Shown here in pieces: positions 44,220 to 44,297 of a stretch of DNA of 44,297 nucleotides (positions are counted from its first letter, which is position 1; the number at the start of each line of letters is the position of its first letter). Location of the stretch: positions 1 to 44,297 of the forward strand of contig JAITBG010000064.1 of the NCBI GenBank assembly GCA_031283725.1, read 5' to 3'. The translations under genes were made by a program, and so were the position numbers. The stretch is from Treponema sp. GTDB taxonomy: Bacteria; Spirochaetota; Spirochaetia; Treponematales; Breznakiellaceae. Under the pieces are notes generated by a model, which had not been told where the DNA came from, did no database searches, and worked only from the letters and a program-made list of their open reading frames with translations.

Positions 44220-44297
44220 AAATATAGCGCATGATGAATTCGCCCAGCTTCTTCCGGAGGGTCGTTATGATTAAACCGGACAGCAGTGATAGCCAAA

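Overview
Gene-dense chromosomal window, probably from a spirochaete of the Treponema type. This is inferred from the gene set (Hk2/Rrp2-like pair next to rpoN and hpf, PUR-alpha-like protein, 'FAGGxxQ' signal peptide) and is not proven. From left to right: (1) the end of a 35/36-bp alternating tandem repeat joined to a ~180-nt nested palindrome; (2) an 11.4-kb Wsp-like chemosensory operon (2x CheW, CheB, CheR with extended tail, 2 MCPs, CheA-REC) with no free CheY, ending in a REC-class III adenylate cyclase; (3) larA, murG, cvpA, holB; (4) an AT-richer ~8-kb sugar island flanked by a 100-bp direct repeat of the 5' end of a histidine kinase gene, encoding a LacI-SBP fusion regulator, a TIM-barrel enzyme, an ABC transporter and an oxidoreductase strongly resembling levoglucosan dehydrogenase; (5) HK, sigma54 activator, rpoN, hpf; (6) housekeeping genes (rRNA methyltransferase, rex, PUR-like protein, phosphohexomutase, nifS/nifU, GH18, type II pantothenate kinase, ankyrin protein, sirtuin, putative outer-membrane protein, gltX, M18 aminopeptidase, cupin). 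I recognised no rRNA, tRNA, CRISPR array, transposase or integrase. All calls come from reading motifs by eye; no searches were run.
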